Below are positions 19,117 to 28,926 of a stretch of DNA of 64,000 nucleotides, one piece after another (position 1 is the stretch's first letter; every line of letters starts with the position of its first letter). The translations under genes were made by a program, and so were the position numbers. Below the pieces are notes generated by a model that searched no databases, was not told the origin of the DNA, and saw nothing but the letters and a program-made list of their open reading frames with translations. Source of the DNA: a virus (taxonomy: Duplodnaviria; Caudoviricetes). The DNA lies in IMG/VR virus record IMGVR_UViG_2773857663_000001, positions 1 through 64,000 of that record, one strand, 5' to 3'.

Positions 19117-19377
19117 GTGGATTCGCTAATCAAGTGCATTAAGTGCGAGTTCAGGTACGTCACAGATAAAGCAAGGGAGAACTTTGTTGCTGAAGGGCTT
19201 CAAGGAGAACCGCTGCTTTGTCTCCATTGTATCGGTAAAATTACAGGAAAAGTCATGAACCGATATGGCTACTTGGTCTTGCCTGAAGAGTTAGATGATT
19301 CTAACCAGCGGATGCAAGTTCTGCCAAAAACACTCACTGGCTGTAGACCGTGTATGAAGAAGAGAGGGTTATCGTGA
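19117..19377 (+). CDS. Small Cys-rich (zinc-binding) protein, paralog of the previous gene
   Basis: CIKC, CLHC and CRPC motifs in the same order. Confidence 0.65.
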   Translation: MDSLIKCIKCEFRYVTDKARENFVAEGLQGEPLLCLHCIGKITGKVMNRYGYLVLPEELDDSNQRMQVLPKTLTGCRPCMKKRGLS

Positions 19378-19526
19378 TGAAAACAGAGAGGATCTACTTG
19401 AGAACAACTCCAGAGAATAAAAAGTATTTGCAGGAGGTGGCTGACCACTATTTTGAGGGAAACCTGTCTGCCGTTTTCGAGTTTATGATTGAACGTTTTG
19501 ATATGCACTTAGAAGGGATGGATTGA
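19377..19526 (+). CDS. Ribbon-helix-helix-like DNA-binding protein, 49 aa
   Basis: Not in the ORF track. MKTERIYLRTTPENKKYLQEVADHYFEGNLSAVFEFMIERF; coupled to the upstream stop. Confidence 0.55.
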   Translation: MKTERIYLRTTPENKKYLQEVADHYFEGNLSAVFEFMIERFDMHLEGMD

Positions 19527-19527
19527 T

Positions 19528-19700
19528 ATAGCTGAATTTGCCGATTCGGAAGAGATGTACAAGTACAAGCAGGGACAAGACCCTGAGTTTCCAGAGATAA
19601 TGTCATCTATCGGGTATCGAGGGAAATCAACCCGAACATCAAATGGGAAGACTTGAACATGGACTTTGCAAAAGACCCTGAAGAACTGGAACACTGGCCA
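19528..19700 (+). pseudogene. Possible terminase large subunit remnant
   Basis: ATA at the expected start. Second-frame fragment EINPNIKWEDLNMDFAKDPE resembles the WE.NP...D....F..DPE segment of large-phage terminases (from memory). Confidence 0.35.
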
Positions 19701-19753
19701 ATGCCTTCCCTCATGGGGGGCATCCAGAAACTAAAGACAAAGCCACAGGCAAC

Positions 19754-20169
19754 TTACGCCGTGGCTCTGTTTCTTTTGGTATAAACGTAGACCAGTAGTC
19801 CGCAATCCTCCAAAGCCTGTAACGATATGACAACTGTTTTCCTGCTCAGTTTAGTCAGCTTTACGATTTCTTCTTGCAACGGGAACTCCTTCCTACCATC
19901 GCTCAGAAGCTTCGTCACCCAAGGTATGTGGTAATAGCCGAAGCATTCAACCCTCTCTCGAATAGGTCAGCCGCCAGATACGTACTGCATGTTATGTCTG
20001 AAGTGTACAGTTTACCATTCAGGTCTGAAGTGTATGGTTTACCATACAGACCCATATGAAGTGTAAAAAGTGCATTTGTTGTGAGTTCTGTATTGTAAAG
20101 TTTACACCGTATAAAGAGATATAAAAGATTAAGAGATATAAAAGAAAGATATATAGAATAATAAAACAT
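19754..20169 (-). pseudogene. Frameshifted HTH replication-initiator-like gene
   Basis: ...LFERGLNASAITTYLG shifts frame into EFPLQEEIVKLTKLSRKTVVISLQALEDCGLL (winged-HTH pattern). Confidence 0.55.
19996..20045. repeat. Two 23-bp direct repeats, period 27 (iteron-like)
   Basis: GTCTGAAGTGTACAGTTTACCAT and GTCTGAAGTGTATGGTTTACCAT; partial third copy near 20057; A-rich tract 20110-20165. Confidence 0.7.
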
Positions 20170-20501
20170 GGCAAGGGGTAGTGAAAATACTCACTGAGTA
20201 AAACTATGGCAAAGCTTGGCGTTACCCTGCAGGTCACGCTATTTGTTTTTGAAAGCTTTCGGTTAAAGCGAGACTCCACCTACCTATAATGTATTTACAG
20301 CAGGTAAATACGACCTACTTTAAGTTAACGAAAGGTCTACACCCTATAATGACTTGTGACAAAGATAGAAAAGTGGTAAGAAGTTTGGGATGCTGAAAGA
20401 ACATGTTTACCCGTCTGAACACAAGTCTGGTCAGAAATTAGTGGACGACTTTTTACTTGGTTTGAATTATTACATATCACAATGAGGGGAGCGTTTTAAA
20501 A

Positions 20502-20840
20502 ATGACAGGAACAACAAACAAACGGAAGAGGACTCCTAAAGCCCCTGAGAAAGAGACTGAAACGGTTAGCCTAGATGGATTGAAGGGCGACGTAGTAGCA
20601 GAGTTTACCCAACAACTTTCTATCATGGGTCAGTTCATTTATAACGCTCAAGAAGAAGATACCACCTTGATTGTCGAGAACTTGGGCTTCGGAGATATCT
20701 ATGTCAGTGACAAACCGAATCTCCGAGTGGGCAATGAAGATCAACGTTTGCTTTTCAAGGAGCAAAAGGCGTTCAAGGCTCGGAAGCTATTTATGACTTC
20801 GGGTAGCCAGCCTGTGGCATCCATTATCGAAATCAAGTAA
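20502..20840 (+). CDS. Hypothetical phage protein
   Basis: 112 aa, SD GAGGGGG. Confidence 0.7.
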   Translation: MTGTTNKRKRTPKAPEKETETVSLDGLKGDVVAEFTQQLSIMGQFIYNAQEEDTTLIVENLGFGDIYVSDKPNLRVGNEDQRLLFKEQKAFKARKLFMTSGSQPVASIIEIK

Positions 20841-20850
20841 AGAAGTACGC

Positions 20851-21129
20851 TTGGGATGGAAGGTCCTCGATAGAACACACACCAGCCACTTAGCTTCTAA
20901 AAACCTATGGGCAGTGGGTAGACTTGGCGACAACATCCATGAGTTCAACGTCAGGAGCTCTCCTAATAGAATGAAAAAGAACCATTTAGGTATAGATTCC
21001 ACCGTCTCACTGTTCGAATATAGCCTTAATGAATTCATTTCAATGGTGGACAACGCAGTACGCAGGGCGGTTAGAAATATACCCATTTCAACTTATATTG
21101 GTATACGAAGCATTCATAAGAGGATGTGA
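20851..21129 (+). pseudogene. Probable 5'-truncated phage neck/tail-completion gene
   Basis: No SD. The 3' end is coupled to the next gene; it sits where neck genes are expected. Confidence 0.35.
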
Positions 21130-21133
21130 TGAT

Positions 21134-21595
21134 GTGGGAAAGATCAGCGTCTCTGATATTTACGCCTATATTCATTCCACGCTTCGTCAAGATCCTGAGA
21201 TTTTTGCCATGCTAGGGCTGGCGGCAGACACTTATCTGGAAGATTTGGGAACGAAGATTCAGAAGAGGAAGAAGCCACAGGACTTAGTTCAGCACAACTT
21301 GCCCTTGATTACGTTCTACAAAAATCCCGGCGCAAGAGGCGAGAATCACCTTGAGTATAGGTTCATCGTTGACTTCGATATCTATACACAGGATGACGTG
21401 GAACTGGCAGTGAACATCGCTGACCGTATTTGCCAAATTTTTGACGATCATTACTTTTGGATGCCGAAAGGAAGTGTGTTCAAAGGTGAGTATGTCACTA
21501 GTGCTGAAGACGACATCGATCTAGAGAACACCTACAAGTATTTCACCCAAATATGCTTCACCATTGGGATAGATGAATATAAGGAGGTTTTCTGA
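21134..21595 (+). CDS. Tail terminator/completion-like protein
   Basis: Directly before the tail tube gene; PLITFY...FIVDFDIY...IADRI..IF pattern; GTG start after AAGAGG. Confidence 0.6.
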   Translation: MGKISVSDIYAYIHSTLRQDPEIFAMLGLAADTYLEDLGTKIQKRKKPQDLVQHNLPLITFYKNPGARGENHLEYRFIVDFDIYTQDDVELAVNIADRICQIFDDHYFWMPKGSVFKGEYVTSAEDDIDLENTYKYFTQICFTIGIDEYKEVF

Positions 21596-22654
21596 ATGAG
21601 TAAGATTACTAAGAACAAAAAAATGTTGATTAAGGGCGCTGGTAAGTTTATGGCGAAAATCCCGAACTGTGACGACCTCGTTACAATCGGTACGCTAAAC
21701 AACATGCGTCTGGATATTCAGCTGGACATGCAGGACATTGAGGGCGGTGACTCTAGCGTAGCACTGGATACGTTGCTTCGTAAGAAGACAATTGATATCA
21801 CAGCGGAATCTGCTAAGTTCGACCTTAACCTTGTACGTTTGGCTACTGGCTCGAAACTCCGTGAAGGAATTTCTGGTTCGGCGTACAGTATGGTCACTGA
21901 GACCTTTGTAGTCCCTTCCGCTTCTCCGTATCAAGCGAAACTTACTCAAGTCGCTCTTGCTTCTCCAACTCCTAAGTCTTTCGAGGGTGCAGTGGGCGGC
22001 GCTGACCTGAGTGCAGACGTTACGGTAACTGGTCAGGATGTCGTATTCGATATGGCGCTGGCAGGTAAAACGGTTGTTATCGTTTACGCTGCGGCACTGG
22101 CTGGGATTACACCAGATCCTGACGGCTTCGTGTGGGTGCTGGAAGAAAAGCACACGGTTAAACAGAACGGCTCAGACTTTACTGTTGATCTTGTGTACGG
22201 AGCATCCCTGAACGTTGACCCTCAGATTTCTGTTCGTACTCTGCAAGGTAACAAATTGCTTAAGAAAACGACTAGCTCTACTCCTACTGAAGACCAGTAC
22301 GTAGTAAGTGGCGGCATTCTGAAGTTCAACTCGGCCCTCAATGATGTAAACATTTACGTCAACTACAAGCGGAACGAAGTTGTTGATATCCTCGATATCA
22401 CAACCAAAGACATGCCGTTGACAGTACACGTTGTTCACGATGGTCAGTTCGAGCAGAAGGACGGTACAATCCAAGGTTATCAAACGGAGTTGTTCCAATG
22501 CCGTGTGAAGTCCAACTTCACTCTCGACGCACAACGTCAACAAGCGTCCACGCATAGCGTAACGCTAACTGTAATCGACCCTGAACGTCCGGATGGTAAG
22601 CTTGGTTCTATCAAGCGTTACGAAGTTGGTTCTATATCTGCGGAAGATTGCTAA
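21596..22654 (+). CDS. Major tail tube protein (siphovirus-like)
   Basis: IKGAGKF...IGTL N-terminus, strong SD, own terminator; position before chaperone and tape measure genes. Confidence 0.75.
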   Translation: MSKITKNKKMLIKGAGKFMAKIPNCDDLVTIGTLNNMRLDIQLDMQDIEGGDSSVALDTLLRKKTIDITAESAKFDLNLVRLATGSKLREGISGSAYSMVTETFVVPSASPYQAKLTQVALASPTPKSFEGAVGGADLSADVTVTGQDVVFDMALAGKTVVIVYAAALAGITPDPDGFVWVLEEKHTVKQNGSDFTVDLVYGASLNVDPQISVRTLQGNKLLKKTTSSTPTEDQYVVSGGILKFNSALNDVNIYVNYKRNEVVDILDITTKDMPLTVHVVHDGQFEQKDGTIQGYQTELFQCRVKSNFTLDAQRQQASTHSVTLTVIDPERPDGKLGSIKRYEVGSISAEDC

Positions 22655-22659
22655 TCACT

Positions 22660-22683
22660 AGACTCCCTTCGGGGAGTCTTTTT
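22660..22683 (+). terminator. Intrinsic terminator
   Basis: AGACTCCC-TTCG-GGGAGTCT followed by Ts. Confidence 0.9.
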
Positions 22684-22814
22684 ACATACCTAATGTTAGA
22701 TTCTAGGTTTACTTACTTAGAATGTTCTGTGAGTTGATTGCAGGGACTTCCCCCGCTCTGTGGTCAATTCGATTCACTATTCTTGGGGGAGAAATATAAA
22801 GGGGGCTATTTAAA

Positions 22815-23273
22815 ATGAGTGAACGAGATTTAGTTATCCCAAAAGCTGGCGGCATCGCTGAAGAAGTAGCCAATCAAGTTGAAGAGCAGACTCCACAGGT
22901 AACGGCTGAAGAAGATAAGAAACCACTGACCCAAGAGGAAGCTGACATTCGTGAAAAAGTATTCTTCGAGACAGATGAACAGGTTCGTTTACGTGACGGT
23001 AAGACTTATTACATCCCACCACTAGGGTTGCTTGATGCTCGAAGATTGATGAAGAGACTTAATACGATTGATTCCGGTGTAATCATCGCTAACCTTATCC
23101 CTGAAGACGAGGAAGATAGATTTGAAGAATTGCTTGAAGTACTTCTTATGGCATTTAAGCCATATTACAAACACATGACGGTCGAGCATCTTGGAGAATA
23201 CGTTGATTTGGAGACGGCTAAACAGATTATCGATTGCATGATTGGTCTCAATGGGCTAAAAAAGTCCATGTAA
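22815..23273 (+). CDS. Tail assembly chaperone (gpG-like)
   Basis: Acidic 152-aa ORF between tube and tape measure genes; ends just after a slippery heptamer. Confidence 0.8.
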   Translation: MSERDLVIPKAGGIAEEVANQVEEQTPQVTAEEDKKPLTQEEADIREKVFFETDEQVRLRDGKTYYIPPLGLLDARRLMKRLNTIDSGVIIANLIPEDEEDRFEELLEVLLMAFKPYYKHMTVEHLGEYVDLETAKQIIDCMIGLNGLKKSM

Positions 23274-23602
23274 CCACTCAGGAGGAGGAAGAAGACTATG
23301 ACAGTCAGCCGCCTGTCGATTGGGCTAACATCTTCTTCAAACTTGCCCACTATTGCCACTTGAAAAAGCATGATGTGTGGCAGTTAACCTTACCTCAGTT
23401 AGGTTACTACTTGGAACAATGCAACGAACACATTCAGTTTACGATCAAGGTTTCTACCATGTCGCTTGGCGGTCTGTTCGGCGGAAGCGTTCCTGCTGGT
23501 GATTCAACCAGTGAAGAGGAAGTAACAACTGACGGTAAATACGTGAATGGTTATAAAGTAGCCGATGCGGAAGACATGAATTTCCTTGCACAGCTATTAT
23601 AA
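23258..23602 (+). CDS. gpT-like extension reached by -1 programmed frameshift
   Basis: In-frame A AAA AAG at 23258-23264; the -1 frame is open to 23602 with VWQLTLPQL. Confidence 0.8.
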   Translation, partial: KKVHVTTQEEEEDYDSQPPVDWANIFFKLAHYCHLKKHDVWQLTLPQLGYYLEQCNEHIQFTIKVSTMSLGGLFGGSVPAGDSTSEEEVTTDGKYVNGYKVADAEDMNFLAQLL

Positions 23603-23604
23603 AT

Positions 23605-23649
23605 CCTCCTGCTCTGCTTCCTTCTAGGGAGGGGCAGGAGTTTTATTTT
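23605..23649 (+). terminator. Terminator/attenuator before the tape measure gene
   Basis: CTCCTGCTCT...AGGGGCAGGAG followed by Ts. Confidence 0.6.
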
Positions 23650-23666
23650 ATGAGGGTGGTGAGACT

Positions 23667-26600
23667 ATGAACAACAAAATCCAAACTGACGTGATTTTAG
23701 AGTTGCAGAAATCCATAGATCATATGGCTCGATATGGGCAGGAGATGGAAACTCTCGATTCTCGTTTTGGTAGATTGGACCAGCGGATTGACGCAATGCG
23801 TTCGTCCCTGTCCGGTTTGCAATCGCAGGTATCACGTGAGTCTGGAAGCAATCTCCGTCAGTCGTTGACAAATGAACTCAACAATCTCATCGCAAGGAAC
23901 GGGATTGTTCTTGAGCAGTTAGGTTCGGCTGGGCTTGCGGTTAAACCTGAGACTCTTCAAGATATCTTGGGCAAAGTAGAAAATGAAATCAACGAAGAGT
24001 TGCGGGCGCACGTTCGTAACATGCACATTGAAATTGACCCTAACTACGCCAGCGGACAGAAGCTTCCTATCACTAAAGATGGATTTGACGAGATTAATAA
24101 AGAAGTAGCCAAGGTCATCAATCTGCAAATTCGCAACCTTGTCAGTGCTATCCAGAAGCAAAAATCCAATCTGATGAAATCGGAAACTCTTGACCGTTTA
24201 CAGATTACGATTGGCAAGGAAACGGTTATGGCTTTCGTAAATAAAATCAAACAAAAGATTGTGAGTATGCTTCAGAACCCTGACGTAGCCGATGCCGGCG
24301 ACATGGAAATTTCCAAGGCAGATTTGAACAAGGTAATCAAGGAAGCTAAGGAAAAATTGTTGAAGGCACTAGATGTTGAAATTCCTGACATGAGCGGAAT
24401 GGAAGTTGCGGACAAGGTAAAGAGAATCCCTAACGAACTTGAACAAAGCCTGAATGAATACGTCAACAAAACCGTTGCAGGCATTAACACTGCAATGGCG
24501 GGCAAGATGCAGATTCCATTAGGCGACCTAAGCAAGAAGGTCAAGAAGATTCTTGCTCAGGAACTTGACACTACGGTGGACAAGCTGGAAGCGCTCGGCA
24601 CGGTCGATTTAGGATCTATTCGCGGCGCTGGATTGAAGGCTCAACTTGAACGAGTGGCAAAGGCTCTTGACAAGAAATTGAGCAACAATGTTCAGGAAGA
24701 GATTGACCAATTAATAACGGCAATAAATGATGTGCAAATCACCCCTGAACCTAAGCTGAAGCATCACCTCATGAATCAGATTAACCGCATCAACAATGCG
24801 TTGATTAACAAAATCCGTGAGCAGGTAAACGTTCAGGTGCAGTCGATCATCCAAGAGATTAATAAGGTTCAATCCGGACCAGGTGGACTTAACAGTGATA
24901 CTCAGATTCGGAATGCAGGAGGACTTGGCCTTTCTACTCCTCGTTCTGGTTCATCTTCTTCTGACAGTCAAAACAACGGTGGAGGAACTGCATCCAAAGG
25001 AGGCAGTAGCAGTGAAAAGGATAGTGGGTCGGGAGCGGTTAACGCCGAAGCTGTACAAGGGGCAATCATCAACATCATACGTCAAAGAATTTCGGGAGCC
25101 TTCGATAATGCTCTTATGATGGCGATGTCTAAAGCGGTTGAGGCATTTAAGAATATTCAGCCTGAAAAGCTTAAAATGATGCAGAACTTGAAGCAGAAGG
25201 ACGAATACAACCAAGACAAAGACGGCAACCCTCTTGGAACGACGAACATGGCTGGCGTGGAGAGTGCGGTCAGCGATCTGCAAAACTTTATCAGACAGCA
25301 GTCTATGTTTTACGGTACAGATTACAAACAGCTTTATCAAGTAGGGGGCCTCGCTTCTGGTTTGCTTGATGACCCTGTAGAGATGAAGGAGTTTGTCCGC
25401 GTAACTGCACAGTTGAATGCACTGGCTCCTGGAAGTAGTCCTGGCAATATCGCCAATGGTCTTGCCTCAACGAAGGCTCAGTTTGGACTTGGGGTGGCTG
25501 ATCTGGAGGATAGAATTGCACAACCTTTGGCGGTTGTATCCGACGTGACAAAAGCAAGTATTGAGCAAATTATTGATACACTGAAAAGTTCAGGTTCCAA
25601 AGTTGACCCTGAAACGTCAATCGTTATGGCGGGTACAACCCTCCAAGCAAAATCACTTGAAGGGGCGAATGTCAGTAACTTCTACAACTCCATTCTGAAC
25701 AGATTACAGTCTCCTAGTGCACTGAACAAGATGGATAAATCACAGGTTGATCCATACTTCGGCGAAGACAGTGCAGAAGTAGCCAACAGACTTCAATCTC
25801 CTGAAGCTATGAAAAAATTGCAGGAACTGGGTCTAGCGAAAGTTGATGACACAGGAGCAAAGATTCTTGTTCCAGCGGAGGAATTGTTTAAGTCTATTGC
25901 CGAGAAGTTGTCCGGTGCAGACAGCTCTACCGTCCGCAATACCAATGATGCTTTGTTTGGTACGTACCAATCCTCCAAAGGTGCGGCTACGATGCACGAA
26001 ATTATGAACACGTTCGTTAAGGTCATGGAGGTTAGTGGAAACTTTGATAAATCTAAATATGAGAACATGGTTAAGTCATCTGTAGACAACCCACTCGTCA
26101 ACACTAAACGGGCAGGGCAAAGCATAACCATTGCCTTTGATGCTCTTGTTCAGGAGATGACCCCTACCATCAATAAAGTGTCCTACGCACTTATGAACAT
26201 GGCAGAAAACGTGACTAAGAATGCTCAATTGTTCGTCAAGTTAGGAGACGTGTTATCTAACGTATTGCTTGGGATGATGCTACTTAAGGGAATCAAGTGG
26301 GGCGCTGAGAAACTTAGACCCAACTTCGAGAGAGAGACTGCACGCACTGCATTCCTGGAGAACGTATCGGGCATGAATGTTGATAATTCTATCAAGAACA
26401 TGAAGCGTAAAGAGGTCGGGGAGATGCAGAAAGACCCATTGCTAGGTGGTTATGTACGTGAACTGAACGGGATGACGAAAGAGCAAAGCGACCATTTTAA
26501 GAACTACCTGAAGTCTAATAAGATAGAGGTTAAAGACTTGCCGACTCTATTTAGCACGATGGGCGAAGCCAAAAATTGGAATCCGGGCAAGGAGTTGACG

Positions 26601-28868
26601 GATGATGAAAAATTCGACCGAACGAAGCAGTACAACAGCCGCCTAAGTACCCGAACTGAATTGGCTTCCGTCATTACCCCTACCCTCCTGACCGCCCTGA
26701 ACAGCAGCACCGCCAGTCGGGGAGTGTTTGATACACAAAGAGCAAGCGATACCAATTACTCTGAACTGTCCAATAGGATGTCCCAAATGTCTCAAGGAGA
26801 ATTCCAGGGATTTGAAGACCACTTGGTGGACAGGCAGCGGAACGGATTACCTCCGATTGACGATATCCAAAAGCTGAATAATGCGATGGATGATTACGAG
26901 CAGACCCAGCGGGAAGCCGCTGCTTCTGCTCGACAAGCCTCCCCTGCCTTCGGAGATCTGTCCAACGCTGTACGAGGCATGAACTCCTCAATGTCTTCTA
27001 CGGCGTCCCTCAAGAATGGGTTCAAGCAGTTCTTGAAGGATATTCCTGATTTGGGCAAGGGAGCTCTGGTTTCTGTTAAGAATTTAGCGGGAGGTTTCGC
27101 TAAGATGGCGCTGGAGATTGCCGGGGCAATCGGTCTCGCTCAAGCGGCTAAAGGATTGGCAGAGTCTTACATGTCAACAGATGAAGAAAGGTTACTTGCT
27201 CAGGCTGACGACCGTGACAACGACCTGAAAGGCATGGCTAACAAGATTAATGCGCAGGCTAAAGGTGGTTGGAGTTGGGGGCTGAATGAGGCTACAGGGT
27301 TTTATTACTCTACAATGAACGGGATATCGAAATTAACCAATGGAACTCCATCCAACTTCGGCTTATATGAAGGCGACGCCATGCTGGACGAGATGATGAA
27401 TTATTTCAATTTCTCGGGAAGTCGTGAAGACTTTTCAAAATATCTCAAACAACGGGAAGCTGTCGGCGGACAGACAGTAGAGGAAGCCGTTGCTGAGTTT
27501 AATGCAAAGTCTGGACGTGCTGCAGAAACAGAAAAGATGCGACAGGAAGCCATCAGCAAGCAGTACGAAGCAACAAAGCTTAAAGAGGCAGAGGATAAGA
27601 GAATTCAAGAGAATGCGGAGAAGGAATATGACGACAAGTACAAGGAAGGTGCGGCCCAGTTCTCTTCCATCGACTCTGGCTCTGTTCTAAGCCGTGTCTC
27701 TGACCGTATCAATGAGATTAAAGACACCAGCCAAATTGACACGCTTCGTGCGCTCATGGGCGGAATGAAGACTGATTCCGACGAGTACATTGCACTTCGT
27801 AAGAAGCAGACTGAATCCATGCGACAGGTATTGAATGAAGAACTGGCTATCATTGACAAGTATATCGCCAACGCCAAGGCGGTCATGGACAGCGCTGACC
27901 CTGAGTCGCAAGAGTACGCCGATGCCAAAACTGCTTATGATAACCTTACTTCGACAAGAGATAAAGTGGCATCCGAAGGGGAAGTTGACATTCTTCAGCA
28001 AGAGTGGAACACAAAACAAGAAACGTATCAAGGTCAGGTTCGTAAGGTTAACACCAGCTTGTCTCGCATTGACCTTATTGCTCAAGCAAAAGAATTGGCG
28101 GCTGCGTACAACATGGACACTCAGTCTCAAGAATACTTGGACACCATGAAGAAGATTACACTGAATAAGCTATCTCAGATGAAAAATGAGCTAGCAAACC
28201 TTCAAGCAATCCAAGCCATCGGAGACCTTTCCGAAGACCAAGCAACGCAGGTTTTACAGCTACAGAATACAATTGCCAATGAGCAAGCCCTGATTAAAGA
28301 GTACAACCTTGCTTCCATCGGAATTGGCAGGGCTAAGATTCAGGACAACAGTTCTGAACGTGAGAATGAGTTGCTGGAACTCAAGTTACGGACCGGAAAC
28401 CCTGATGACTCCTCGCCTATCCTTCGTAACAAGCGGATTGCCAATGCCAAGGAAGAGGTATCTGAAATCAATCAAGTCATTGCCGATCTGAGAGCTAAAC
28501 TTCCTGCAGCGGGAGCGGACGAAACAACTAAGATTAACGCCGAAATCCGTGACTTGCAAAAGCAATCTTTACAGGCTCAGTTGGGCATCTTGGATGAAAT
28601 GAAATCCACAGCGGGAACGTTCAACATGCCTAATGGAGTAAGTGCTATGAGCCGCTACGAGTACCTTACCCGTGGCAACACTCATAACACGACAACGATC
28701 GGTACAGGAGATGTCACCGTCAACATCACTCTTCCTAACATCACCAACGGCATGACAAACCGCCAGTTGCAACAAGTCGGACAGTCCATTGGACAAGGCT
28801 TGTCTGTTGGGCGGGTAGGAAGCCTTCGTAGCCAACAGGCGATGAATCCTAGCAACTACCGAAGTTAG
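23667..28868 (+). CDS. Tail tape measure protein
   Basis: 1733 aa, helical/coiled-coil Ala-Leu-Glu-Lys-rich, TP901-like central region, canonical position. Confidence 0.85.
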   Translation: MNNKIQTDVILELQKSIDHMARYGQEMETLDSRFGRLDQRIDAMRSSLSGLQSQVSRESGSNLRQSLTNELNNLIARNGIVLEQLGSAGLAVKPETLQDILGKVENEINEELRAHVRNMHIEIDPNYASGQKLPITKDGFDEINKEVAKVINLQIRNLVSAIQKQKSNLMKSETLDRLQITIGKETVMAFVNKIKQKIVSMLQNPDVADAGDMEISKADLNKVIKEAKEKLLKALDVEIPDMSGMEVADKVKRIPNELEQSLNEYVNKTVAGINTAMAGKMQIPLGDLSKKVKKILAQELDTTVDKLEALGTVDLGSIRGAGLKAQLERVAKALDKKLSNNVQEEIDQLITAINDVQITPEPKLKHHLMNQINRINNALINKIREQVNVQVQSIIQEINKVQSGPGGLNSDTQIRNAGGLGLSTPRSGSSSSDSQNNGGGTASKGGSSSEKDSGSGAVNAEAVQGAIINIIRQRISGAFDNALMMAMSKAVEAFKNIQPEKLKMMQNLKQKDEYNQDKDGNPLGTTNMAGVESAVSDLQNFIRQQSMFYGTDYKQLYQVGGLASGLLDDPVEMKEFVRVTAQLNALAPGSSPGNIANGLASTKAQFGLGVADLEDRIAQPLAVVSDVTKASIEQIIDTLKSSGSKVDPETSIVMAGTTLQAKSLEGANVSNFYNSILNRLQSPSALNKMDKSQVDPYFGEDSAEVANRLQSPEAMKKLQELGLAKVDDTGAKILVPAEELFKSIAEKLSGADSSTVRNTNDALFGTYQSSKGAATMHEIMNTFVKVMEVSGNFDKSKYENMVKSSVDNPLVNTKRAGQSITIAFDALVQEMTPTINKVSYALMNMAENVTKNAQLFVKLGDVLSNVLLGMMLLKGIKWGAEKLRPNFERETARTAFLENVSGMNVDNSIKNMKRKEVGEMQKDPLLGGYVRELNGMTKEQSDHFKNYLKSNKIEVKDLPTLFSTMGEAKNWNPGKELTDDEKFDRTKQYNSRLSTRTELASVITPTLLTALNSSTASRGVFDTQRASDTNYSELSNRMSQMSQGEFQGFEDHLVDRQRNGLPPIDDIQKLNNAMDDYEQTQREAAASARQASPAFGDLSNAVRGMNSSMSSTASLKNGFKQFLKDIPDLGKGALVSVKNLAGGFAKMALEIAGAIGLAQAAKGLAESYMSTDEERLLAQADDRDNDLKGMANKINAQAKGGWSWGLNEATGFYYSTMNGISKLTNGTPSNFGLYEGDAMLDEMMNYFNFSGSREDFSKYLKQREAVGGQTVEEAVAEFNAKSGRAAETEKMRQEAISKQYEATKLKEAEDKRIQENAEKEYDDKYKEGAAQFSSIDSGSVLSRVSDRINEIKDTSQIDTLRALMGGMKTDSDEYIALRKKQTESMRQVLNEELAIIDKYIANAKAVMDSADPESQEYADAKTAYDNLTSTRDKVASEGEVDILQQEWNTKQETYQGQVRKVNTSLSRIDLIAQAKELAAAYNMDTQSQEYLDTMKKITLNKLSQMKNELANLQAIQAIGDLSEDQATQVLQLQNTIANEQALIKEYNLASIGIGRAKIQDNSSERENELLELKLRTGNPDDSSPILRNKRIANAKEEVSEINQVIADLRAKLPAAGADETTKINAEIRDLQKQSLQAQLGILDEMKSTAGTFNMPNGVSAMSRYEYLTRGNTHNTTTIGTGDVTVNITLPNITNGMTNRQLQQVGQSIGQGLSVGRVGSLRSQQAMNPSNYRS

Positions 28869-28875
28869 TGAAACC

Positions 28876-28910
28876 ACTCCCCGTCTTATAATGAGATGGG
28901 GAGTTATTTT
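28876..28910 (+). terminator. Terminator hairpin with TATAAT in the loop
   Basis: ACTCCCCGTCT-tataatg-AGATGGGGAGT-TATTTT. Confidence 0.7.
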
Positions 28911-28926
28911 ATAAGGAGGTACGACC

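Noticed and set aside
17902-20045. CRISPR array
   Set aside because: Repeats are few and lack unique spacers of regular length; no cas genes.
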